A stretch of 64,000 bases of DNA from Fimicolochytrium jonesii. Its lineage: Eukaryota. Positions within the stretch are counted from its first letter, which is position 1. Every line of letters begins with the position of its first letter. The notes beneath the pieces were generated by a model. That model was not told the origin of the DNA. It worked only from the letters and a program-made list of their open reading frames with translations, and did no database searches. The position numbers and the translations under genes were made by a program. Below, in pieces: positions 12,858-23,328 of the stretch. The stretch spans positions 2,046,001-2,110,000 of the forward strand of contig NW_026515668.1 in NCBI RefSeq assembly GCF_025526975.1. The letters are read 5' to 3'.

Positions 12858-14210
12858 TCAAGGGTAACTCCCAGAATGCGATCCCGAGTAGTACGGCACG
12901 GATCGATAGCCCGACGACGACGACGCGCCATTGTAAGCGCTGGCCATATAGTACGGCGACTGACCCGACCGCGCCGTAGGGTATGTAGCGGTGAGGGACG
13001 GCGCGGGTGGCCGCGACGACATGGGCGGCTCGTATATCTCCATGCGGCCGGAGACGCGGTACTTGAAGTTTTCAGTTTGCAGCAGCTCGTACGCTTCATC
13101 GGAAATGGTGGACGGCGCGTTGGCGTAGAAGTCGTCGATGCGTGGGATTAAGTCGGGGGTGTGGATGAACCAGGCTTCTGAGACGGGTTCGAGGGGATCG
13201 AGGGCTTGGCGTAGGAAGCGTTCTTCCTTGTCGCGCTTTGCCTGAAGGTTGAGACTGGATGAGGGGTCTGGAACCATTGCAAAGTAGGATGTCCGTGGGG
13301 TAAACGTACTCTTTCTCTGTCGGCATCCATGCGCCGATCCATTTTCTCTTCATCAAGCTTTGTCCCTTCCTCGACAGGTCTGTGCATGCAATCACGTCGC
13401 GAGCAATCAGCGTCCTACCGATTTATTCGCAATTCAGATGGCGTCTACTCACGGATCAGTCGCTGTCTCCGCAATCGCTATCTTTTGATCTATGGCATCA
13501 AGAACCTCGGTTTCGAAAAGTCCCCGTTTGCGCCATCCAGCCATGATCTGCGTAACCGTTCATGAGCATCTAACATCCCACAATCGTTCGAGTTTTTGGC
13601 ACAACAAACCCTCACCTTTCGGGTCCAGCCCAGATTCCCATTCGGCCGCTTATTTATGGGTTCCGAGTAATCAATCTCCAAAACACCCGCAATGATCCTC
13701 TCCAATTTCTTGTTCATCTCCTCGTATATCACGTCGTAAGCGTTCGGCTCGTCCTCCTTCCTCCCAGTGCAGAACTTGTCGAGAAGGAACAGGATGTTCA
13801 TTCGAACATACATAGTTGTCTGGCAAATTGAAGTGGTTGGTGACCTGTCCATAGATGGCTCGCACGCCAGACCCAGTATTCCGCAAATTGAATGAGGCCT
13901 CTAACCTTGAATTCCCCCAGCTTGCGAATAAGGAACGCATAACACTCCTCAACTTCTTTGGTATACGTCGTTTTCAATCCCTCGCTCACCCTAGACACGT
14001 AAAAGTCGTCACACAAGACGATAGTGCGTTCAACATCAGCTGCAATGTTCTAAGCACTGACACTTATTGCTCAAAGGAAGGTGTTGCCACCTGCACTCCT
14101 CACCTGGTAGCCTCTGCGTCCGCCCATGGGTTCTCAAGTTCACTAGTGAGGTGTTCCTCAAGAGCGACCAGCCTGTAGAAGGCGTCCTGCTCGTCGGGCT
14201 CCGCAGACAT
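12858..14210 (-). CDS. CTK3: CTD kinase I gamma subunit (CTK3/Lsg1)-like
   Basis: Spliced exons give RMNILFLLDKFC...NLGWTRKIMAGWRKRGLF (CID-like N domain) and KLDEEKMDRRMDADRER..KRDKEERF (resembles the CTK3_C pattern IEQRIEEDRERHKR); gene model assembled by hand. Confidence 0.55.
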
Positions 14211-14672
14211 TGCGTCGACAGCCGGTGATGGCAACTTCTCCTATGTAACACGCTTGCGGAAGGAATGAACACCGAAATTCGCGGCGTTATGGAGACGGAG
14301 ACTGGACGGCGACGAAGGGGGCACGCGACGAGAAGCCTTTGGAATTGGTTCGACAAGCTTGAAAGCTTAGAAAGGCTTGGACCGACTCTGCTTGTACACT
14401 CACCAACAGGCAAGGACTATCTCAACACACATAGGAAGGGGAGTGCCGGGCGGTATTGAGGCGAAGGACCCACTTCTGCCTCGTTCGCGGCAAATATTCC
14501 GAAATTCATCATTGGTTCCATCATTCATTTCAGCATGGGCCAGCAGCCAGCACCATTGACTCACGAGGAAACCAAGATTCCATACGTCCGGGGATATACT
14601 GAGAACAACCTTTACAAAGAGCGGTGGTATCTGGATACTTTTCCTTTTCTATGATTGTGTCTATCCTACTTA

Positions 14673-15788
14673 TCAAAGAGCGTTCATCTGGGTCCACGGA
14701 GCCACTTTGCCGCGCAGTGGCATGGATGCCGCAGTGTATACCATGTCCACCCCCTTTTGATTGTTGATGGACCACTCGAAGGGGAAATTGGGTCTGGCCA
14801 TGGCCTTTGCATCGGCGCGCACGGCAGCTGCCATGGCACTCAGCGAATACCAGTAGCTGGTGTGCCCATCCTCATAGACGGTCTCGGTAGTACAGGGCCC
14901 GCCTTGGATGTCAAGGACGATGCGATGGTATACGTGCGGCATGATGAAGATGGACATGGAGACCGAGCCCTTTTCGCCGATGACGTGCAATTTAGGTTTC
15001 TCGTTCCAGAGGAAGGACGGCATTGATCGAATCATCGACACTTGATACGTTGCAATGCAGCCGGAGTCGAACTCCAGCTGGGCTTCCATTGCGCCATCGA
15101 TGTTGTCCTTGACGATAGTTGGGACGGCAGAGAGGACTCGTGTGGGCTCGGATGCCAGACAGAAACGAAGGGCTGAGAGCGCATAGCATCCCAGATCCAT
15201 GTTGATGCCACCAGCGAGAGAGTACTTGAATCGGATGTCCTCCATTCCAAACAAGTTTGGAACATTTATCACGGCGGACGCCGTGCGAATGGTACCGAGA
15301 ATGCCAGAAGCGACGATATCGCGCAACCGGCGAAGAGCGGGATGGAACAGGTTATGGTAGTTTTCGCAGACGATGAGGCCCGGGTTGGCGTCCAGTTCCC
15401 GCTTGATGGCCGCGGCCTCGACGGCGTTGCTTGCGGCAGGTTTCTCGACCAGGACGTTTTTTTTCGCTTGCAGGGCTTTGATGGTCCACTCGGCGTGGAG
15501 CGAGTTTGGAAGAGCGATGTAAATGACATCAACGTCTGGGTCGGCCAGGAGGGACTCGTAATCACCGTATGACTTGGGGATGTCGTGCTTCTGTGCAAAT
15601 GCGACTGCGCGGGCGCCATCACGAGCCGCCACGGCGTGGACTATAACGGATTCCAAGGACCGCGCAGGCCCGATGACCGACTGGAGGCAGATGCGCGAAG
15701 CACCTAACAAGCCGACGCGGACAGCATCGCTTGCTTTCTGTGGGACGGCGGGGTCGGGGTTGGTCACTCGTTTGACAATGGAGAACAT
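14673..15788 (-). CDS. Gfo/Idh/MocA family oxidoreductase (dihydrodiol/D-xylose dehydrogenase-like), intronless
   Basis: VGLLGASRI, LLADPDVDVIYIALPNSLHAEW, VLVEKP, GGINMDLGCY motifs. Confidence 0.9.
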   Translation of the reverse strand: MFSIVKRVTNPDPAVPQKASDAVRVGLLGASRICLQSVIGPARSLESVIVHAVAARDGARAVAFAQKHDIPKSYGDYESLLADPDVDVIYIALPNSLHAEWTIKALQAKKNVLVEKPAASNAVEAAAIKRELDANPGLIVCENYHNLFHPALRRLRDIVASGILGTIRTASAVINVPNLFGMEDIRFKYSLAGGINMDLGCYALSALRFCLASEPTRVLSAVPTIVKDNIDGAMEAQLEFDSGCIATYQVSMIRSMPSFLWNEKPKLHVIGEKGSVSMSIFIMPHVYHRIVLDIQGGPCTTETVYEDGHTSYWYSLSAMAAAVRADAKAMARPNFPFEWSINNQKGVDMVYTAASMPLRGKVAPWTQMNAL

Positions 15789-15850
15789 TGTGTAATGTCA
15801 AGACTGGGGTACTTGAATTCAGATGGGAAGGTACACAGAGTAAATAGAAG

Positions 15851-15950
15851 GTCGAGGAGTTCAGCTTTCTTTCGGGTAAGATTCTGAGTCGGCACAGATT
15901 CCCAGATATATACAGAAGCAGGGCATAAGGTTCAAGAATCACTGTGATGG
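15851..15950. repeat. ~100-bp direct repeat, copy 1 (contains a TATA-like box upstream of the oxidoreductase)
   Basis: Near-identical to 16419-16519. Confidence 0.9.
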
Positions 15951-16109
15951 TCCTGCCGGAGGACCGGGGAGCGCTCAGAAAGGCATACGTGGGGCGGCAT
16001 TAGTGGGGCAAACTTCTGGGCGGTGCGCCCGTCTATTGCCGGCGCGTGGTGCCTGTCAATGATGATTCACGATCCTGTCAGTTGTCGCCTTTTCCACGCT
16101 GTCTTCGAC

Positions 16110-16172
16110 CACCCTCAGCGCCCCTCTTTCCGCTCCCAGGAGGGAGCGATATGATATCACAGCCATAGAGCA
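16110..16172. repeat. ~60-bp dispersed hairpin-containing repeat, copy 2
   Basis: Matches 4031-4088. Confidence 0.9.
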
Positions 16173-16418
16173 GGTCAAAATCGCCGCCTGTGGTGATACA
16201 TACAATATGCTGACCAACCGATCGGCATGGGCGTTTTTTGCCCGACCCGATCAAACAAAGACAACTGAGCCCGGCCGGCGACCCTCATCCATCAAACGCG
16301 CTTACAATGCTGCATACTCACGCATCGTTCATGGCGATGGGGAGGGTCGGAATGTATGGACGACCCTGCAAGGCCCATTGCCATCATTGATTTGCGTTGT
16401 GCAGGGAAGTTTGTGGGA

Positions 16419-16519
16419 GTCGAGGAGTTCAGCTTTCTTTCGGGTAAGATTCTGAGTCGCCACAGATTCCCATATATATACAGAAGCAGGGCATAAGGAT
16501 TCAAGAATCATTGTGATGG
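16419..16519. repeat. ~100-bp direct repeat, copy 2
   Basis: Near-identical to 15851-15950. Confidence 0.9.
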
Positions 16520-16619
16520 CAAGCAGATGTTGCGCTTCTCGTTTCTAGTGCTGAGACAATCATTTGTGATGAAAGCGACGCAACACTCGGCAAAGGACGA
16601 CATCCATCTTCTTATCTCC

Positions 16620-17828
16620 TCAAAGCTTGCTCTGAGCTCCGCTGTGCAGTACAACCGTACCATTGCTGATGACCACAACATCCCTCTCCTTAACCTTCGT
16701 CACGAACGCAATGTAAACTTTGCCATCCTTCTCGGCAACCTTCCACATGTTGACCTGGAGGGTCTCCCCCGGGTAGACGGGGGACGCGAACCGTCCGTAG
16801 ATGGATTTGAAGGCGGAGGGTTCGTTGTTGGCGAAGCTTTGGAGAACGGCGGCTGCTGAGATACCGTACTGTGACAAGAGATTCGGTGAGTTGTCGCTCC
16901 GTTCACTCAGAATGGCCTGGCTAAACCTTACAAAGCAAAGACCGTGCAAGATGGCACCCTTCATGCCGAGTTTCTTCCCAATCCGTGGGTCTGCATGGAG
17001 AGGGTTGTAATCCCTGAAATAAACGTGTGAGAAGTCGCTGAGGCGCAAATTCGAAATAGAAGCAATAGAACATACCCAGAGAGACGGTAGATCAACGCCT
17101 GGTTTGGCGTCGTCTTGATCTCCTCGACGCTGTCAGGCTGGCGAGATGGGACATCCACGATATTCTCTGGTTTGGGCTTACGTGGCCTTTGTTCATCGAC
17201 ACATGCCGAGAGTTAATACGTTCCATCTGACGGTGCGTTCTCAATAAGCTCCTTACCCATTAAAGCCACCGGCGCCAATAACGAAGGCACTCGACACCTG
17301 ATGACGCGAGTAGAATATAATGCGTTGGTTAGAATCCATAGTCCCCCAGACCCCACTTAAAATGGCAAGAGGGTTACGTACCATCTTGGCCAAAGCCTTC
17401 CCAGACGCGTCCTTCATGACCGTCTCCTTATCCAAGATCATCCCCTTCCCCGCATCGTACACTCCAGTAAGCGTCGACTCCAGATCAAAGCGGCCAGCTT
17501 CCGGTAAAGGAGCCAGCAACTCGTAGTACTGCTCCCCATGAACCAAACGGTTCAAGTCTATCTTCGGCAACCCGGGGATGTTCCCGAACCCCGCGCGCTC
17601 GGCGTAGGAGCTCACATCGAGGGTGTCGCCCTTGAGCGGGAGAACGATGGGGTAGGTAGGGAACGCCGAGAAGTTCTTCTCCAGTTCGTAGGTGAACCGC
17701 AACTCGGTCAAGTTCAAGCCGGCTGCGTAGAGGAGGAGGTCCCGCCGATTGTATAGGACTTTGTCGGAGGGGTATTTGAACCCGACTGCTTTTTTGACGT
17801 CGACCTCGACGGGTTTCTTTGTGGACAT
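16620..17828 (-). CDS. Peroxisomal enoyl-CoA hydratase 2 (MaoC/hot-dog dehydratase)
   Basis: YNRRDLLLYA, LVHGEQY, QALIYRLSG-DYNPLHADP hydratase-2 motif, ILHGLC, RFASPVYPGETL; C-terminal PTS1 signal SKL. Confidence 0.92.
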
Positions 17829-18159
17829 TCTGTGTTGTGAGGAAGGGTTGTTGTTTCGTTTCAGGAGGGAGGGAGATAGATCTTGGGGTGGGTTCCTGTG
17901 CAAGTTGCAGTGCTGTGCCAGAAGGCTCAGAAGTTCCCACCACCCACAAGCCGCGGCTGGTTTGTCACATGGAAGAGCGACGCAAGGACTCGCGTGCGAG
18001 TCGGTCGGTCTCCGTCGGGCATTCGTCATGCAGCATCCAAATTCACCTCGAACTTCCACCGACGACAAAGACAGTCTCAAGTCCGTCCGCCCAGCCGTGC
18101 ATGCAGACGGCCTCAACGTTCGCAGTCGTTCCCGAAAAGGAAAAAGGCCTCAACTCAAA

Positions 18160-18660
18160 ATGCCTTCCGTCTCCACATCCCATCTCCGCTCCCTGCCACT
18201 CATCACTTTTCTTACCCTCCTCCTCCTCCTCACCCTCCTACGGCCATTCGTAAGCGCAAACAAGCCCAAGTTCGGCGTGGACGGCAACTACCTCGACTAC
18301 GCAGCCGCCGCCCAATACGGCCGCTCGCATCTCCACGACAGCCCCCCCACCTCCGCCTCCACTCCGCCATTCACCGACACCAGCCCCGACCACAGCCTCC
18401 CCAGCGAGTACGAAGACCTCCTCTATTTCTTCTCTCTCTCCGACCGCAACGGCGACCACCACCTCGACGGTCATGAGCTGCGACAGACCTACACGACCGC
18501 GGGCGGGACCGCCGAGTTGCCGCCAAAGGAGTATAGGTTGCCGCTGGAGGAGGTCGAGAGTATGATTGATCATACGCTGTTGGAGGATGATACGGATGGG
18601 GATGGGAGGATTAGTTGGGGGGAGTATTTGGCGAGTCAGGTTTATCATCAGAAGATTTAG
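18160..18660 (+). CDS. Secretory-pathway EF-hand protein, MCFD2-like
   Basis: Hydrophobic signal peptide, LYFFSLSDRNGDHHLDGHEL and MIDHTLLEDDTDGDGRISWGEY (two EF hands in the MCFD2 arrangement). Confidence 0.7.
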   Translation: MPSVSTSHLRSLPLITFLTLLLLLTLLRPFVSANKPKFGVDGNYLDYAAAAQYGRSHLHDSPPTSASTPPFTDTSPDHSLPSEYEDLLYFFSLSDRNGDHHLDGHELRQTYTTAGGTAELPPKEYRLPLEEVESMIDHTLLEDDTDGDGRISWGEYLASQVYHQKI

Positions 18661-19076
18661 CGAGGGGGGAGGGATTCCGGAGGTTGTCGGTTGGCAAAGA
18701 TTGAAAGATGGGACAGGGATCTCACAGGGAGTCTCTGCGCTGGTCTGCCTCACGGTTTGCTCGTCGTTGGAAAGGCATCGCGTTTTTGGCTCTCCAGGAA
18801 GAGCCATACAGTGACACTGCTGAAGGAAAACGGATGCTTTCGCCTCATTTCGTCCAAATTTGTGGTCCACGACCGATCGCAACTGCCGAGAAAGGCGTTA
18901 CAGAAGAAAGAAAAGCTCATAGTATTGTACCTCATACGCCTGTCCTTCTACCGCAGTCCGAATCAAGGACAATGAGGAAAGGGATAAAAACAAAAACATA
19001 TGGTACAGAAGAAAGTGGCACAATGATGCACCTCGAGAATGAATGGTCCCAACTTCTAAATGGCGGGGCGCACATC

Positions 19077-20826
19077 TCATTTGTTACAACACCAAACCGG
19101 CCCCACCGCCGGGCCCACCGCCGTCAGATCGCCTCCAGTTCCAACCCCCTGCACCGCATAATAGTACCCCACGCCAGGCACCGCCGTCTTGTCCTGGAAA
19201 ATAGTCGACCCACTGCATTTGGCATCCGACACGCCCGTCGCAAGCGGCTGCGGGTCCCAAACAATATTTCTCTCATCACTCCTTCCATTCGCGCCATTCT
19301 CGCTCTGCCGCCCCCTGTATATGTTATACGACGCCGCCCACGCACTGCCCCTGAACCGGATCCAGTTGGTTCCAATGTCCGGCAACAGCGTCGGCGGGGG
19401 GAACGGGATCGGGGGGCGCACGGTCTGCGGGTTGAGACCCTGGATGGCGAGGGCGTAGTGGCGGACCTGGTTCATCACTTCTAGCTCGTCGGAGCCGAAC
19501 CCGTGCGGCGGCGGTTGGGTATTGGGGGGGAAGACGAAGCCGGGTGCGTGGTAGGACCAGAATTTACCGCCTTCTTCGGAGTGCACTAGGAACCCGCCGT
19601 CTTTGCTGTGGGACCTATCGGTTCGAGAGACGAGAGGTTTAGCGACGAGTGTGTAGCGATTGAATCTTGAAGCCATCAGTCGGGAGGCCTACCTCAGACT
19701 CCACATCAAGGACCCGCTAATCAACGGGTTCCTCAGCATATCCTCATACAAGGAGCCATACATTCGTGTGTTCGCAAATCCAAACTCTCCCACAATGAAA
19801 ACCTTCCCGTGTTTCTTGCCAATCAACGCGGCGTCTTTCGGCAAGCGTTTGAGGTCCTCGTGTCCGTGGTAGTAGTGGTTGACGAAGATGTCCGGGCCTG
19901 CAGACGAGGCCAGTGCTTCACGGCTCAGCTTCGCGCTAGAGTCTTTGCCGCCGATGGATCCGTCTGCGACCAGGGTGCGAGGTGCAAGGGATTTAATGTG
20001 TTGGGTCATGGCGATTGTCCAGCTGGCGGGTGGGTTGTTGCCTGTCCAGCCACCTAGCTCGTTGCCTAGCTGCCAAGCCAGAATCGTAGGGTCGTCACCG
20101 TATCTGAAGTTGAATAATAAGTCAGACATCCGCGGCCTACCATGATGAGCGCATTCCCCGCACATACCTGATCCCGTTTACGGTGTTGACCCTGTTCATA
20201 ACAAAGGATATCAAATGCTTGAAATCCTCCACCAACTCAGCATCATTCCAGAACGCCGACGGTTTTTTTCCCCTCAACTTTGTCAACGCCGCGTAGTTTC
20301 CAAACACGCAAGTACTGGGGTCGGATGTGCCACCATCGTCCCCGCCCCAATGATTGTTGATCAACGGTATAATCAGCCTCACACGCACGTTTCTCGCAAT
20401 GGCAAGGGCATGATCCAACGCAACAAACGCTTCTTCATTATATGTGCGCGGGCCGGTAATGTGATATTTCTCGCCCACTCCAAGCGTATAAGTGCGTGCC
20501 ACCCGGCCACCAAGTTGGGAGATGGTGTACAAAGCGTCGTGTTGCTCGAACGTGTCGGGAATGAGGAACGTTCCCTGCTGGCCTGGCCGGTCTTCGATGA
20601 GAAGCAGGTTCGGGACGTTGAACGTTATGAAGCGGAAGGGTCTGTCGTTTTCGAGGAGGGTGGGGCCTGAGCGAGTGATGAACGGCCAGTCGGTGGACGT
20701 GCCGTTAGCTGTCCCCTCTGCCTGTGGGGCTGTGACAGAGAGAGGTGGTCCTTGCTGCTGTTGTTGGTTGCCGGTGGTGGGTCCCGGGTAGACGGTCTGC
20801 AGCGGCTTCGACGGCTTGCAGCCCAT
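19077..20826 (-). CDS. Glycoside hydrolase family 5 (beta-mannanase-like) with C-terminal Fn3-like extension
   Basis: RVARTYTL, LDHALAIA, RVNTVNG..YGDDPTILAWQLGNEL (acid/base Glu), IVGEFG (nucleophile Glu), GSLMWSLR, RGSAWAASYNIYR; two introns; start codon ambiguous. Confidence 0.85.
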
Positions 20827-21459
20827 TTCCTGGAAGAAGCGCGGCGCTAAAGCGAAGAGGAGAGTGCAGCGGAGGAACGAGAGGATGGTAGATATGTACA
20901 TGTGCAGTGTGATTGTAGGATATGTACAGTAAGTATGAGTGAGGTAGCGATGGCCTTCCTTTGATATTGGCCGTTCCAGTTTTCCCACCGGGCCAAGAAT
21001 TATGTATTTGGGCCTGGGCACATACTGTACAGTCTGTTGCCATAAAGTCTGTGTCCTCGCGGCTGATCATTTTCACCCATCATCCTAATATTCACAGTAT
21101 TAGGACCCCTAATCTGTAAACTGTAGATCTGTCACTGTCCAGGCAACAACCGCTGGGGCCGACTGCGCACGGCCAGGTGCGACCTGCTTTATGGCAACAG
21201 ACTGTACAACCTTGCGCGGCTCACCTGCGGTCAATTCGAAACTTCCCTCAGCTTCAGCCTCAGCTTCCTTCACCAGACACAGAGCCAGACGACGTGGAAT
21301 GCGGACATCCGACACCTTCTCACCTGCCTGCTAGAATCTCCCAGTATTGAAGGCATAGCGTATCCAGCAGAGGCGTAAGTTTTCCCTCCTCTACTGTATC
21401 TCACACAAGTGGCAACGCAGCCGTTCCCTCCTTCACCCGCGCAACCGAGGTGTTTCGTC

Positions 21460-22459
21460 ATGACAGACACAGTTCCCGTTCCTGGTCGAATATACTCGAT
21501 GCGGCTATCAGCGGAAGCAGTTCTCGCCAATTTTCAGACGGTAGTAACTCCAGCCGGATCTCCCGCTACCAGCGTCCCAACGAGTCCCCAGCTGCCTCGC
21601 CTGGCCGGGGCTCTTCGCCAAACTTTCACGCCCGCGACCTTCTCGTCGAGCGGACCACAACCGATCCCATGCAACCCACGACCATGGGGCGCACAGTCTT
21701 GTTCCATTCGCGTGGGCAGTTCGGGGACTCTGTGTTCCGTATATCACCTCCTTTCACGGACGCGCATATAACGACCCGAATGTCCTATCAGCAGCCCACC
21801 TGACCGAACCCCAACTTGCTGATTTGCTCATTGCGATTAACCGAGAGAGCCACCATCCGCATCGGCGTTCCATAAAGATTCCATCCCTCAACAACGACTC
21901 TGGCGGCTATCTCATCGTGGAGCCCATTCCCGTCGCGATCCAAAATGTCTATCGGTGTTGGAACAAGGAAATCATAGATTTAGATCCCGATGACAAGCAA
22001 TACATTTTAGATGTCAAAGCTGCCAGAGAGAGAGCGATCTTCGCTGGCCCACGGCCGACGCCGACCCCCGAGCCGTGTCACCCCAGCTCTGTGACGTGGA
22101 AACATGACCGAAATGAGAGCAACGACTCAGAATCTAGCGACACGGGTCCGGCGCTGAAGAAACCAGCCCTGACTCGGCCCACGAACCAGACAAGCACTGG
22201 AAAGCCCAGCGTTGGGGATGCGACTGTGGCGGAGGACGGATGGGCCCACGGGGCGGGGGGTGTGGTTGATATATCGGCCCCATGGGATGAAGACGACGGG
22301 TGGTCCTCCGAGGACGAAGAGCAGTACATCCCTGTAGTGGGCACCCGATATTTGCCCGTGGACTTGTATGAGGATGTCGATGTAGACGAAGAAAGCGGCG
22401 ATAGTTTGTGGCTAGCCACCATATTTGCTGGAGCAGGAAGGGGGATCATGGGGATATGA
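21460..22459 (+). pseudogene. Hypothetical gene, probably frameshifted
   Basis: Protein-like frame MTDTVPVPGRIYSMRL... appears to switch near 21730 to the frame reading VPYITSFHGRAYNDP...GGYLIVEPIPV with an acidic tail; no clean intron found to join them. Confidence 0.3.
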
Positions 22460-22882
22460 GAAATGGGTTACTGGGAAAAGAGTGCATCATTGCGCCGAAG
22501 TGGGTAGTATTCGTCGCTATGAGCCCTCTTCTTCCTTGTGATCAAGCTGGATTTAGAGGATGACAAGATTTCCGAGGAAACTCCAACGCATCCAAAAGCA
22601 TCCCCCTCGGAGCCGGAGGATGAGGAAGGACAACCAGATGCGGAGGCAGACGGGGAAACACTATCGCCGGGAAAAGCATCCGAGAGAGTACAAATTGAGG
22701 GAGTTCGAACAGGACCGCAGGGTATGCAAAGCAGCCGAAGCAACAGTGGAGATATGGGCAGCGCACGTAAATCTCCAATGTATTGGGCTACAACAATGTG
22801 GATCGAAGGCATAGCTCACCGGATCAAAGGCATAGCTCATCGGATTGAAAGCAAACTCGACAGACTGCTAGCTCTGTCTCTG

Positions 22883-22912
22883 TTAGGGTTAGGGTTAGGG
22901 TTATGGTTAGGG
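22883..22912 (+). repeat. Interstitial telomeric repeat (TTAGGG)x5, one unit TTATGG
   Basis: TTAGGG TTAGGG TTAGGG TTATGG TTAGGG read directly. Confidence 0.85.
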
Positions 22913-23328
22913 TAGTGGACTGTTCCGGCTTCAATACGAAAAGGAGCCTTCCCATTATAGCATAAGTGGGTCAAGATGCTATGGGATGGCTTCTAGTCGA
23001 ATATGATCGGTAGAAGGGCGTCCTCTTCGTCCATGCTGTTTGGACCCGTCTAGCAGTGTAGGAGCAGCAAGAAGCAGGAAGAAGCAGCGAGCGACGAGAG
23101 GAGAGGCTTGTCATCAATGGCGTCCCACGCACCACTGCCACCAGCTACTTCGATCGCGTTGGACGGGACACGCGTCAGAAGCCCATCAACGGTCAACCAC
23201 CTGTACATATATGTACGCCTGCTGGGAAAGCCGACGCCACACTGGAGGCTTAGAAGCTAGTACACCACTCACAGCTACCGGACCAGAGTCGTGTTGACCG
23301 GTCTATCAGCCTGGCACGTCGACTTGTC

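Noticed and set aside
14673..15788. Horizontal transfer of the intronless oxidoreductase
   Set aside because: The family is widespread in fungi, and lack of introns alone is not evidence without a phylogeny.
20925..21029. TA-CAGTA...TACTG-TA, a possible second MITE
   Set aside because: Inverted match is only about 5 bp.
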